Below are positions 11,993-24,119 of a DNA stretch of 64,000 bases, piece by piece. The first letter of the stretch is position 1; each line of letters opens with the position of its first letter. The position numbers and the translations under genes were made by a program. The notes under the pieces were generated by a model. The model was not told the origin of the DNA and did no database searches. It worked only from the letters and a program-made list of their open reading frames with translations. The DNA lies in the NCBI RefSeq assembly GCF_008831285.2, contig NC_045138.2, positions 38,998,001 through 39,062,000 of the forward strand. The letters are read 5' to 3'. The stretch is from Nymphaea colorata (lineage: Eukaryota).

Positions 11993-13833
11993 TCAATATA
12001 AACCTTTGAAGACGTTTATTTCTCGATCTGTGACTGTAAATCCCCCGTCCACGACAAGGTTGAGTCCGCTGGTGAACTTCGACTCGTCGCTAGCTAAATG
12101 GAGAGCGGCCTCTGCAATGTCCTCTGCTTTCAAGGTCACCCCCTTCAAAGGGGAGTTCTGATGCCCAACCTCCTCGAGATCGGCGTCGCTCAAGCCCAGT
12201 AAGCCGGAGGACAGCGGAGTCGGCACCAAGGAAGGTGAGATGCAGTTGGCTCTTATGCCGAACTGCCCAAGCTCTGCCGCCAAGTTCCTGGTCAGCCCCA
12301 CCACCGCGTGCTTCGAAGCTGTGTAGGCATAATTGGCGGCGCCACCCATGACCGAGGCTACGCTCGCTGTGAAGATTATGCTGCCTTTCCTCTGGGGAAT
12401 CATCACCCTCGCCGCGTGCTTGGCTGCCAAGAAGCATCCCGTAAGGTTGACGTTGATGACCTTCTGGAAGTCGGATATCGGGAAGTCGGCTATCCGCGTC
12501 GATTTCTCGAGAATGCCGGCGTTGCCGAACATCACATCGATCTTGCCGTACTTGGCCACGGCTCTGTCGACGGCGGAACGGACATCGTCCTCGTTGGTCA
12601 CGTCGCAGTGGACGTAGGAGGCGTCGTCGCCGGAGGAGGAAATTTCCCGGGCAACCTTTTCGGCCAATTCGTCCTGGATGTCCAGGATCATGACCTTGGC
12701 ACCATGGCGATGGAACAATTTGGCAGTGCTCTCGCCTATCCCACTTGCGGCGCCCGTTATCAGAGCTACTTTCCCTCTCAACCTGCTTAACATATGTCAA
12801 ATGCAAGCCATATAAATTGTTTCTAATACAGATAAAATTGATCATACAAGTTCTTCAGTTGAGTCAATTATTGGTGATGCAATGTATCTCTCTCTTCGAT
12901 AAATCATGTCAGGAAACTTGTTTTTTTCACTAACACTTTGCAGAAAATTATTACTGTGGTTGGACCCATAACAATTTAAAAAGAATGGCGTCTATGCCTA
13001 TCACGTGAAGATCAATTAACTTGTCTCGTCTATTTTAATTGACGCGACTTGGAATACTGTAATGCTCAACTATTAGTTTACTTGGAAGATTCAGTTACTT
13101 TAAGTGATGCCATTTGGAAACTCTAATACCGCAGGCTTCCACTGCCCGTGACCTAATAAAGCGACCAACAATTCTCAAGAAGAAGAAGAAGGAGAAGAAG
13201 AAGTGATAGCTGTTTCGTGTTTACATATATGACTAATATTCAATATGTTGATGGTGCAGAATGTTAACTAGGAGCTGTCTTCTGTCATTCTTTCCTAACA
13301 ATAGAGGGTCTCCCTCAGCGCTATCCATTGGAAAGGAAAGATCTAAATGGAGGGCACACGAAAAGGAAATGATCCCTCAAGAATTAGTGTCTACCTCGGT
13401 TTAACTTCATTTCTACTTCTGTATGTTTTCTTGGCAAATTTCTCTTATGACGAGTTCGTAAGATTTAGAATATCATTGCGTCGAGTCTTCCTCTCTATCT
13501 GTCTCTCTGATGTCTGGCACACAAGAAGACAAGCCACAGATGGAAGATCAAACAAAAACTAATGGACCTCACACAAGCCACAGACATTGACAAAGCATCT
13601 GCCGACGATCTTCTAATACCATCTCAATTATCAAGAGGCTTAAAACAGCAAACTAAGTAAGCAACTGGAAGAATAGATCTTTCGATTGGCAGCCTCTGCA
13701 TCCGACATCACTCATTTAGTTTACAGTATCTGACACTTCAAGAAACCAACCATAGATCTCTCCTTAGCCTCTCTAGCTTTGTCACACCCAATAAAACCAA
13801 AATAAAAGAGAAGTTTGTGTACCTTTGAGCCAT
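11993..13833 (-). CDS. Short-chain dehydrogenase/reductase SDR-1 (SDR110C-like; secoisolariciresinol dehydrogenase/momilactone synthase-related); exons 13833-13823 and 12782-11993
   Basis: Exon 1 ATGGCTCAAAG|gtacac splices in phase to taagcag|GTTGAGAGGG, giving MAQRLRGKVALITGAASGIG. The NAG motif, FTAS catalytic Ser, YTASK and NLVVDGG are all present. Confidence 0.93.
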
Positions 13834-13928
13834 GGAAGAAGGTCGGCTGCTGCTGTTTGCAATCGATGAGAGCCTTCCTTTCTTGCTTCCTTGCTGTTTG
13901 TGAGTGAGCTGAGGTCCCCTTGGCACGC

Positions 13929-13940
13929 CTATAGATATAG
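13929..13940 (-). promoter_or_regulatory. Putative TATA-like box of SDR-1 (same sequence at ~22275-22286)
   Basis: CTATATCTATAG on the minus strand ~100 bp upstream of the exon-1 ATG, at the same position as CTATATATG in SDR-2/3 (~18049-18057, ~25877-25885). Confidence 0.55.
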
Positions 13941-15056
13941 GAGGGAGTTTCTACAAAAGCCCCAGTTTTATAAAAATTTCGTATTTGGCCTATAATTTAA
14001 AAAAATGACTGCTTCCTGATTCCCTATAAAAGTCTTCACTTTTTTAAAAGCTATCAGATTCAATTATTCAAATGCCCAAAGCCATCATATTTTAACTTGA
14101 GAAACAGAAAAGTTTGCTGAAAAATGCAATGTAAGCAATGTTTTTGCTTGTTGTTTTTCAAGTTAATTTAAGTCCACTTCAGCCTTTATTTGGTAAATGT
14201 TTATAAAGAAATGCGCTCATCAAGAAAACTGTAAACAGTGGTTTCTTTTCTTGAAATGTAGGCACAGAGGAATGAAATTCTCTCTTCTTTTTTTTTTTTA
14301 GTTCACAAGTTTTGAACCCATGGGCCACCGCTTTCTCCCATACGGGCTTCTTTTTTAATCGGAAAATCTGCAAAAACCAGACTCCAAATCAAATTAATGT
14401 CACTAAGAAAAGGCAGTGAACTGTAGAACACAGGCAAATAAACTTGTAAAAGATGGAAAATTCTTTGCATCACATGAAGCAAACCTTTTCTTAGAAAAGT
14501 CATCAAAGACAAAGGTAGAATTAAAAAATTTTCTTCAAAATCATTATATAATACAAGTGAAATTTTTAAAATTTGCTTGGTATTGAGGGGAACGGGTCGC
14601 CCCCTAAATTCCGAAGCCATGCCATGCCTTAAATGAGAATCAAAGAGTGTGTGACCTTTGATGGACCATGGAAAAGAGTTTCGACTATCACCACATAAAT
14701 CAAACTGAGTTTTGTGCACACAACAAATATGCACCAAGGAAAAGAAAGAAAGAAGCTGTGATATTTTAGAACTTTTTTTTAATGAAATATACATTTTAGT
14801 TTTTAATATTATGATAATTTTCATTTTATCCCTTCAAAAGGTTGTCTTTTTCCACTTTAATAGATGTATTTTAGTCATTGTACACTTACATAATACATAG
14901 ACAATGCATAAAGAACAATTTCATGTTTTCCATTTATGGGATTATCTTTCAATTCCTAATGCAAACAAAAACTAAAGCCTCAGTTTTCAACGGTTGCGAA
15001 AAAGAAACTATTCGCTTTTAGTACAGGCTGTTTGAAAGAACCGGTTCACTTAAATT

Positions 15057-15316
15057 TAAGGGTGGGCGACTGGGCGTCGAGCCCGCCCGTGTCGGCCCGT
15101 CGGGCCTAGGCTCAATCCTTTTGATAATAAAAAAAATATTTTTAAGTTATAAAATAAATTTTTATAATATAAATAAATACATATTATTAAATTTAAAAAT
15201 AATAAAAAAATATTTTTTTAAATTATTATAAACCAACTCGAGTCAACCCGAACAGCAACATGGGGCCCGGGCCAGTACCGGGTACTTGATGGATACTCGG
15301 CCGTGGCCCAGGCCTA
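15057..15316. mobile_element. hAT-type MITE with 8-bp TSD
   Basis: TSD cttaaatt at 15049-15056 and 15317-15324; imperfect terminal inverted repeats (TIRs) TAAGGGTGGGC / GCCCAGGCCTA. Copy B has the empty site with a single cttaaatt (23393-23400). Confidence 0.92.
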
Positions 15317-16291
15317 CTTAAATTCTACTACAATAAATCAACTTTTTTGGAAAAAATATCACATAAATCATGGTGTGCGCAACTCCGACGAGTAAGATCC
15401 GACTTGTCTGACCCAACGAGGTAGGCGATTCAGGGTTCATTTTCTCTAATCATGGTGTTGGATTGCCCAACTCCGGACTCGTGGCCTGGTTTTTGAATGA
15501 TTCGAGTCAGCTCGGGCGATTCCCGAGCCAGCCCGGTGATTTTTTTTTTTTTTGGAACTTTTTCTATAAATGGAACTGTATAGACGTTGTATATCTAAAT
15601 TTAGTGTGACAAGATTTATTCCCCTGGGATTTTTTTTTTTCCAATTATAAGTGTAGTTTTCTTAGTCACCAAATTTTAATATTTTTTTATCATTCTCCAG
15701 AGTTTGAAATGTTATAAAATCTTGTGTTGATGTTAGGTATCCCAGCATCATACTTATATGGACAATTAATAAGTTAAATCAACCTAAACCATTGACATTT
15801 GAGGAGCATTTGTAGATAATTTTCTACCATTCCAAATTTTTATTTCCAAAAAGAATCTATTAAAACATGTGAAGTGATAAGACTGTAAAATATGGGCACA
15901 CTAGGAGTGTGTTTGCTTAGAAGTCAAATCGAAGGCTTTTACATAGGATCAATAGTGTAAACATACATCAAATTTTACCATTCTGTAAAAAAAAAAAAGA
16001 AATTGAGATCCTCAATTTATGGTCACAATTTTAGAGTCAAGGTCATCTTAAATGCACAGATCTGAGGTACCCAATGATCTAAAAAACTTTAAACAATAGG
16101 ATACAAGTTTGAAACCAATTGCACATCAATGCTATACAACTAACAACCAACATGTGTTTTCTCATTTAACTAATTCTTACTCGTTTTTCATTGATCAATC
16201 TACAACACAACAAAAGGAAACGTCCCAAATTATCTTAGAAGCAACACTTGCATATGAATAATGTGTGAAAATTAACAAGAATTTCTGTCCT

Positions 16292-17957
16292 TCAATATAA
16301 ACCTAATTTGTAGACATTTAATTCTCCAAGTGTAACTGTGATCCCTCCATCCACAACAAGGTTGAGTCCGCTGGTGAACTTGGACTCATCGCTAGCCAGA
16401 TAGAGCGCGGCCTCTGCAATCTCCTCTTTCTTCAAGGTCACCCCCTTCAAATTGGAGTTCCGTTGCCCCAGCCCATCGACATCGGCAAGGCTCAGTTCTT
16501 TTGCAGCTGCAGCAAATGGAGTCGCCACCAGGTAAGGTGAGATGCAGTTGGCTCGTATCCCGAACTGGCCCAGCTCTGCCGCCAAGTTCCTGGTCAGCCC
16601 CACCACTGCGTGCTTCGAAGCTGTGTAGCCATGCTGGGCAGTGCCGCCGACGACTGACGCCATGCTCGCCGTGAAGATTATGCTGCCTTTCCTTTGAGGA
16701 ATCATCACCCTCGCCGCATGCTTGGCTGCCAAGAAGCATCCCGTCACGTTGACGTCCATGACCCGCTGGAAGACGGATTTCGGGAAGTCAGCCAGCCGCG
16801 CAGCTTTCTCGACAATTCCGGCGTTGTTGAACATCACGTCAACCTTCCCGTACTTGGCCACGGCTGCGTCGACGGCGGAACGGACGTCGTCCTCGTTTGT
16901 TACGTCGCAGTGGAAATAGGAGGCGTCTTCGCCGGAGGGAGAAATTTCGTCGGCAACTTTTTGGCCCAGTTCGTCCTGGATGTCCAGGATCATGACCTTG
17001 GCCCCGTGACGGTGGAACAATTTGGCGGTGCTCTCGGCCATCCCGCTTGCGGCGCCCGTTATCAGAGCTACTTTCCCCCTCAACCTGAGATACATACGTC
17101 AAATGCGTGCCATATGTTGTTTCTACAAGTTCTTCACGGGAGTCAGATAGAGAAATCAACGGTGCCATGAATCTTTACTTGTAGAAGCCGTGTGATGAAA
17201 CTTGTTTTTCATTAAGAAATGTCAAGAATATCTATATGCTATTTGGCATGCAACGAGGGGAGAAGTCAAAAAAATATATTTTTATAACACACTAAAAATA
17301 AATATATATGGTTAACAAATTTTCAATTACATATAAAGCTATAAAGTTTAAACACTGAATCAAACTTTCAAAAATGGGCTCCATAAAACATACAGCGATA
17401 CCCTGAAAACCGCACCTGCTTCTGCTTGCAACCATGGATTCCCATCCCCATAACTCAAGAAGAGACTTGAGACTTTGTCTCTCTCTCACACGTTCACAAC
17501 TATGCAAAAACTATGAAAGCAAATAGAGACATCGATATGTTCTTGGGAAGGCTCGGTTCAGTGCAAGAAAATGGGTTAGTTTCATCAGACTTTTTCTCTA
17601 ATGGACTTATGACGCTATAGGTAAAGTTTCCACTAAAAGGAAATATTCAGTACATATATAATACTGTTTGGTAATGTCATTGAAGTTCTCTAGATCTCTC
17701 TCAATCTCGCTGCTCCTTCTGGGGATCTTTATAAACCATCTGAATTCCCAAGTGTCTTCAAAGAGAAACTAAGCAATTGGAGTCGTAAACCTTTCCAAAT
17801 GAAGCCTCTGCATCCGACTTCACTCAATTGCTTTACGAGTTCGATACAGCAAGAAGCCAACTATTGTTCTGACTTAGGCCTCTGCTTCATAACACCCACG
17901 AAAGAGAACAAACAAAGATGAAAAGAAAAGAGAGGGATTAGTTTACCTTTGAGCCAT
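16292..17957 (-). CDS. Short-chain dehydrogenase/reductase SDR-2; exons 17957-17947 and 17084-16292
   Basis: ATGGCTCAAAG|gtaaac ... tctcag|GTTGAGGGGG gives MAQRLRGKVALITGAASGMA; FNNAG and YTASK motifs; open frame to the stop at 16292. Confidence 0.93.
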
Positions 17958-18771
17958 GGAAGGAAGTTGGCAGCAGCTCATTCTGATAGATGAGTGCCTT
18001 CGTCGCTTCCTCCTTGTTGCATGTGAGAGTTGCGGGCTCCTTGGCCTACATATATAGGAAGAAGTCCCTAGCTTACCTTTCTTTCGCTTGGTGGAAAATT
18101 TTCATATTTGATCTTATCATTTGCCGACCATTAAAAAATGAACTGTTCTTTCTAATTCCCTGTTACAAGTTTAAATTTTCATGAAGGATCTGACCTTAAC
18201 TTGCGAAACATAAAGCACTTGACTGCATTTATTTTAGCTTTATATCAGTGTTTCAGCTAACTTTCTTATTTTTCCTGGCTAAGAGAAGTTCAGGGGAAGC
18301 ACGATAAGTAGACGGGAAGACCTGACTCCGAAGTCCAATTTGGAGGCGCAAGACTTGGTTTTAGGAACTTAGTATAATCTAAAACCGGTGTATATGTATG
18401 ACAAATTTGAAGTTAGTCTTAGCTAGCTTCCTGATGTTATTGAACTGAATGAGGTCAACCCTGAAAGCTCGTGTTGGAAAAAAGGTAAGAAAAAATGATA
18501 CCTGTACTTTGAATGACCTTTCGAAGAGGCAAAAGCCTATTGACAGTGTCAAATTTTGACTGGTTTTCAAACGGAGGCATTAAATTTTCATTTGACTTTT
18601 TGCTAAGAAGAATTGCTTCTTACGGAAGATGAATGTACATACTGCATTTTTGCATAGAAATCTTCATGAAGTTCTATATAACATGACTCCTCGAGTTTGC
18701 AAGCTTAGTTACTTCTTGTATTGGTGCTCAAATTTCTCTCATGTTCTCTTGGAATGTGCATGGCTTCCAAG

Positions 18772-18870
18772 CTAGTATATGTCGATGATCTTGTTATTGC
18801 AATATCTTGTGAGAGCATGGTGAATTTCAAAGGATTATTTGGGTAGTATATTTCACATGAAGGATATAAG
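18772..18870 (+). mobile_element. Tiny copia reverse-transcriptase relic (also at ~26600-26698 and ~30500-30595)
   Basis: Reads LVYVDDLVIA and then, after a frame change, YLGSIFHMKD, matching the copia RT motifs YVDD and FxMKDLG. Confidence 0.65.
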
Positions 18871-19844
18871 AGCAATTGGAAGCATGTTCTCGAAATTGGA
18901 TAAGCTATGCTCAACAGGTGCATATTTATACCTTTGATACTGTGTTTGTGTGTGGACATATCTTGCTTTCTACGCTGCTTGATTGGAAGGCTCATTTATT
19001 TAACCATGCTTGACTTGACCTTATATTTCATTTGTCATTCATATGGTTATAGCCCCTTTATAATTAAAGAAATCGCAGCTAAGTCACATGAATATTGATA
19101 CGAGTACATACTATCAATATGAGAATATATGACAAAGTCATTCTTAACATTGAAATTTCGATGCCTATATCTGACATATAAGTTGCCCTCATAAATGATA
19201 GCTAGGTCTGCGTGGACAACTAGCCACTTGACTTGGTAGTGCCTAAAAATTTTTGAATTCAAAAGATATCTGACTCTTCAAAATCAAAACGAAATAATTG
19301 AGGGGCACCAACAGAAAAATAAGCAAATTCTAGATACATACATATATATATATATATAATGACCTTTTGTGGCACTGTGTGGGCAATTGCCCTCACAAGC
19401 TTATAGGCATACCGCCCCTGATCGCCACTTCAAACTTTCATGGCCTTGCTGTTAGATATCTCTTGTTAATATATAACTTTATTTCATCTGAAAAATTCTT
19501 TGCATCTCAAAATCAAGTCTGCCTGCCGTCCATTGCTCATGGAATTCAGATGGGATGCCGCGCAAAGAAAGTCATAAAAGATGAAAACGAAGCCTTGGAG
19601 AAAATAGTGAGTGCGTGGACTTTTCCCGATGGTGGGAGAGCAAAAAACCTATAGAAAGGTTCGACCAGCACCACAAAAATTCTTTATTTTCATAATGGTG
19701 CTTTAAATTATTTGTTTATTTTTATATAATGGCCCCCCCTTAGAGCGTGAATGTCTTTTAATTAGTGCCCACCATCCCAAAATTCCTCTCTCTGCCACTC
19801 ATATGGACAACCTTTTTATTTTTTATTTTTTTTACTAAATGTAA

Positions 19845-20068
19845 CTATATAGATGTCATGTATGTAAATTTAATGTGTTTTCATTCTCTTGGGTTTTTTT
19901 TTCCATTTGAAGTGTTAGTTTTCTTAATCTCCACAATTTTAATTTTTTGTTTACCATATATAGATGTCATGTATGTAAATTTAATGTGTTTTCATTCTCT
20001 TGGGTTTTTTTTCCATTTGAAGTGTTAGTTTTCTTAATCTCCACATTTTTAATTTTTTTTTTTACCAT
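19845..20068. repeat. ~110-bp tandem duplication unique to copy A
   Basis: tatatagatgtcatgtatgtaaatttaatgtgttttcattctcttggg...tttacca occurs twice here and once in copy B (~28387-28506). Confidence 0.9.
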
Positions 20069-21382
20069 ATTCAAGGGTTTGAAATGTTATAAAATCTTGT
20101 TAAGCAGAGAAAGGGCAGAGTCAGAAATTTTTCATAAGAGAGACTGAATTAAAGTTTATAAATTTTGACTAGTGTCTAATTATCATTTTTCAAAATTTTT
20201 ATATAAAACAAATGAAATTTTTTAAATTTTATATGTTAATTTAAAAAAAAAAGAGAGAGAGAGAGAGATGAGGCCAAATCCCGTACGGAATCATACTTAG
20301 ATGGTTAACTAGTAAGTCAAATCAACCTAAATAGTTGACGCTTAAAGGGCATCTATAGATTATTTTCTACCTACCCAAACTTTTTATTTCTAAAAACAAA
20401 TCATGTTCAAAGACGCACACTTCTGAAATAAATTTTCAAAAATGATGTTGATGTTTTGAAATTTTGTGACAATGATGGATTTTTCTTAACAAGTTGCCAA
20501 ATAAAGACGCCGTATTTTTTGGTAGCTTATGAGATGTTCACTTTTCCCTTATCCAAAATTTAAAAGTATTCAAATAGCTCCATGGATCACAGGCGGGTGT
20601 TTGGTTTCAGTACAACCTCCATCTGGTGGATCCCAATATATATGTCCAATGAATCCTCATCTTTTCTTATCAGATTCGGTTTGACTTCGTAGCCAAATTC
20701 AACCGAGCCTCCGATAAAAGATAAACTCTATTACATATCATCGCCAAATATTATGTTGGCCCAACTTGACTCGCACTTATATTATTTGATGGTATGCTGA
20801 TCCGATAAAAGATCAAATCTAGTGGTTCTTGTAATACTTTGATGTGTTATCCGCTGTGCTTCAAATGGTGGCAAACGTAACACCCAAGTTAAAGAATATA
20901 TAGCAAGTTTCAAAACAAGCCAAAACCTTGGAGGTATAAAGGTATGACCTTGTGAAGCTGGTTATACATGCCACCAACATGTACGAAATTTTGAAAAAGA
21001 AAATTTTTTGTAGGGACAAAAAAAAAAACAAAAAAAAGGTAAGGATTTGTGTATGAGATAATGATAAAGGTATCAGATAATAAGTATGAGATAATGATGA
21101 GGGTATGAGATAATGATGAGGGTATGAGATAATGAGTGTGAGATAACGACATGATTATGAATATTCACTATGCATGTGCAATGTAAGAGCATTAAAATAA
21201 ATATGCATATTAGTAATATGATCCACCCTCCAGCATTCACTCATTATCTATACAAGTGACTTATTGCGTACACAAGTGACCTAAAGAGCTTGATTTCATG
21301 GCCTGGGTGTTTTACCATTGTTTTATTTAACTCAACATTTAAAAAAAATGGAGTCCAAATTTGAGACCAATTGCATAAGAGT

Positions 21383-21384
<2 letters not shown>

Positions 21385-21456
<72 letters not shown>
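21385..21456. repeat. (AT)n microsatellite
   Basis: Perfect AT run; the paralogous run at 29790-29824 is shorter. Confidence 0.97.
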
Positions 21457-21459
<3 letters not shown>

Positions 21460-22168
21460 ACACCAACCCTGCTGTAACCTTATTTTTGAGTGACATTTTT
21501 CATACGGCAAAACTTCAAACTTGATATAAGCTAAAATCCATGCATTATATATATATGTGTGTGTATTTATATATGACTAATATTCAATATGTTGATGGTG
21601 CAGAATGTTAACTAGGAGCTGTCTTCTGTCATTCTTTCCTAACAATAGAGGGTCTCCCTCAGCGCTATCCATTGGAAAGGAAAGATCTAAATGGAGGGCA
21701 CACGAAAAGGAAATGATCCCTCAAGAATTAGTGTCTACCTCGGTTTAACTTCATTTCTACTTCTGTATGTTTTCTTGGCAAATTTCTCTTATGACGAGTT
21801 CGTAAGATTTACAATATCATTGCGTCGAGTCTTCCTCTCTATCTGTCTCTCTGATGTCTGGCACACAAGAAGACAAGCCACAGATGGAAGATCAAACAAA
21901 AACTAATGGACCTCACACAAGCCACAGACATTGACAAAGCATCTGCCGACGATCTTCTAATACCATCTCAATTATCAAGAGGCTTAAAACAGCAAACTAA
22001 GTAAGCAACTGGAAGAATAGATCTTTCGATTGGCAGCCTCTGCATCCGACATCACTCATTTAGTTTACAGTATCTGACACTTCAAGAAACCAACCATAGA
22101 TCTCTCCTTAGCCTCTCTAGCTTTGTCACACCCAATAAAACACCAAAATAAAAGAGAAGTTTGTGTAC

Positions 22169-22179
22169 CTTTGAGCCAT
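22169..22179 (-). other. Orphan SDR micro-exon 1 with intact promoter and donor site but no own exon 2
   Basis: ATGGCTCAAAG|gtacac and its upstream region are almost identical to SDR-1. The intron is cut at the duplication junction (~21570). Confidence 0.88.
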
Positions 22180-24119
22180 GGAAGAAGGTCGGCTGCTGCT
22201 GTTTGCAATCGATGAGAGCCTTCCTTTCTTGCTTCCTTGCTGTTTGTGAGTGAGCTGAGGTCTCCTTGGCACGCCTATAGATATAGGAGGGAGTTTCTAC
22301 AAAAGCCCCAGTTTTATAAAAATTTCGTATTTGGCCTATAATTTAAAAAAATGACTGCTTCCTGATTCCCTATAAAAGTCTTCACTTTTTTAAAAGCTAT
22401 CAGATTCAATTATTCAAATGCCCAAAGCCATCATATTTTAACTTGAGAAACAGAAAAGTTTGCTGAAAAATGCAATGTAAGCAATGTTTTTGCTTGTTGT
22501 TTTTCAAGTTAATTTAAGTCCACTTCAGCCTTTATTTGGTAAATGTTTATAAAGAAATGCGCTCATCAAGAAAACTGTAAACAGTGGTTTCTTTTCTTGA
22601 AATGTAGGCACAGAGGAATGAAATTCTCTCTTCTTTTTTTTTTTTAGTTCACAAGTTTTGAACCCATGGGCCACCGCTTTCTCCCATACGGGCTTCTTTT
22701 TTAATCGGAAAATCTGCAAAAACCAGACTCCAAATCAAATTAATGTCACTAAGAAAAGGCAGTGAACTGTAGAACACAGGCAAATAAACTTGTAAAAGAT
22801 GGAAAATTCTTTGCATCACATGAAGCAAACCTTTTCTTAGAAAAGTCATCAAAGACAAAGGTAGAATTAAAATATTTTCTTCAAAATCATTATATAATAC
22901 AAGTGAAATTTTTTAAAATTTGCTTGGTATTGAGGGGAACGGGTCGCCCCCTAAATTCCGAAGCCATGCCATGCCTTAAATGAGAATCAAAGAGTGTGTG
23001 ACCTTTGATGGACCATGGAAAAGAGTTTCGACTATCACCACATAAATCAAACTGAGTTTTGTGCACACAACAAATATGCACCAAGGAAAAGAAAGAAAGA
23101 AGCTGTGATATTTTAGAACTTTTTTTTAATGAAATATACATTTTAGTTTTTAATATTATGATAATTTTCATTTTATCCCTTCAAAAGGTTGTCTTTTTCC
23201 ACTTTAATAGATGTATTTTAGTCATTGTACACTTACATACATAGACAATGCATAAAGAACAATTTCATGTTTTCCATTTATGGGATTATCTTTCAATTCC
23301 TAATGCAAACAAAAACTAAAGCCTCAGTTTTCAACGGTTGCGAAAAAGAAACTATTCGCTTTTAGTACAGGCTGTTTGAAAGAACCGGTTCACTTAAATT
23401 CTACTACGATAAAGCAAAATTTTTCAGAAAAAACATCACATAAGTCATGGTGTGCGCGACTCGGACGAGTAAGATCCGACTTGCCTGACCCAAACGAGTT
23501 AGGCGATTCGGGGTTCATTCTCTCTAATCATGGTGTTGGATTGCCCAACTCCTGACTCGTGGCCTGGTCTCTGAACGATTCGAGTCAGCTCGGGCGATTC
23601 CCGAGCCAGCCCGGTGATTTTTTTTTTTTTTGAACTTTTTCTACAAATGGAACTATATAGATGTTGTATATCTAAATTTAGTGTGACAAGATTTATTCCC
23701 CTGGGATTTTTTTTTTCAATTAAATATGGGCACACTAGGAGTCTGTTTGCTTAGAAGTCAAATCGAAGGCTTTTATATAGGATCAATAGGGTAAACAAAC
23801 ATCAAATTTTACCATTCTGTAAAAAAAAAAATGAGATCCTCAATTTATGGTCACAATTTTAGAGTCAAGGTCATCTTAAATGCACAGATCTGAGGTACCC
23901 AATGATCTAAAAAACTTTAAACAATAGGATACAAGTTTGAAACCAATTGCACATCAATGCTATACAACTAACAACCAACATGTGTTTTCTCATTTAACTA
24001 ATTCATACTCGTTTTTCATTGATCAATTTACAACACAACAAAAGGAAACGTCCCAAATTATCTTAGATGCAAGGGTTGCATATGAATAATGTGTGAAAAT
24101 TAACAAGAATTTATGTCCT

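Larger units (their letters stand above)
13225..21570. repeat. Copy A of ~8.3-kb tandem segmental duplication
   Basis: Colinear with 21570-29915; near-identical ORF pairs 13347/21691, 14179/22525, 16292/24120 and 18705/26533. Confidence 0.93.

Noticed and set aside
12783..12793. ORF-track start codons MLSR/MYLR for the SDRs (12793, 17095, 24923)
   Set aside because: These ATGs lie at the intron 3' end, just before the AG acceptor. The conserved upstream micro-exon with donor and TATA-like box explains the gene structure better.
12090..12845. 251-aa alternative-frame ORF and antisense ORFs over the SDR exons
   Set aside because: Not conserved as a continuous frame in SDR-2/3; a by-product of GC-rich codon usage.
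13347..13562. Conserved 71-aa ORF repeated at 21691
   Set aside because: Antisense within SDR intron 1. Its conservation reflects the recent duplication, and the older copy near 8690 is disrupted.
21244..21524. ORFs with (IY)n or (ER)n runs here and at 45893-46303
   Set aside because: Microsatellite translations.
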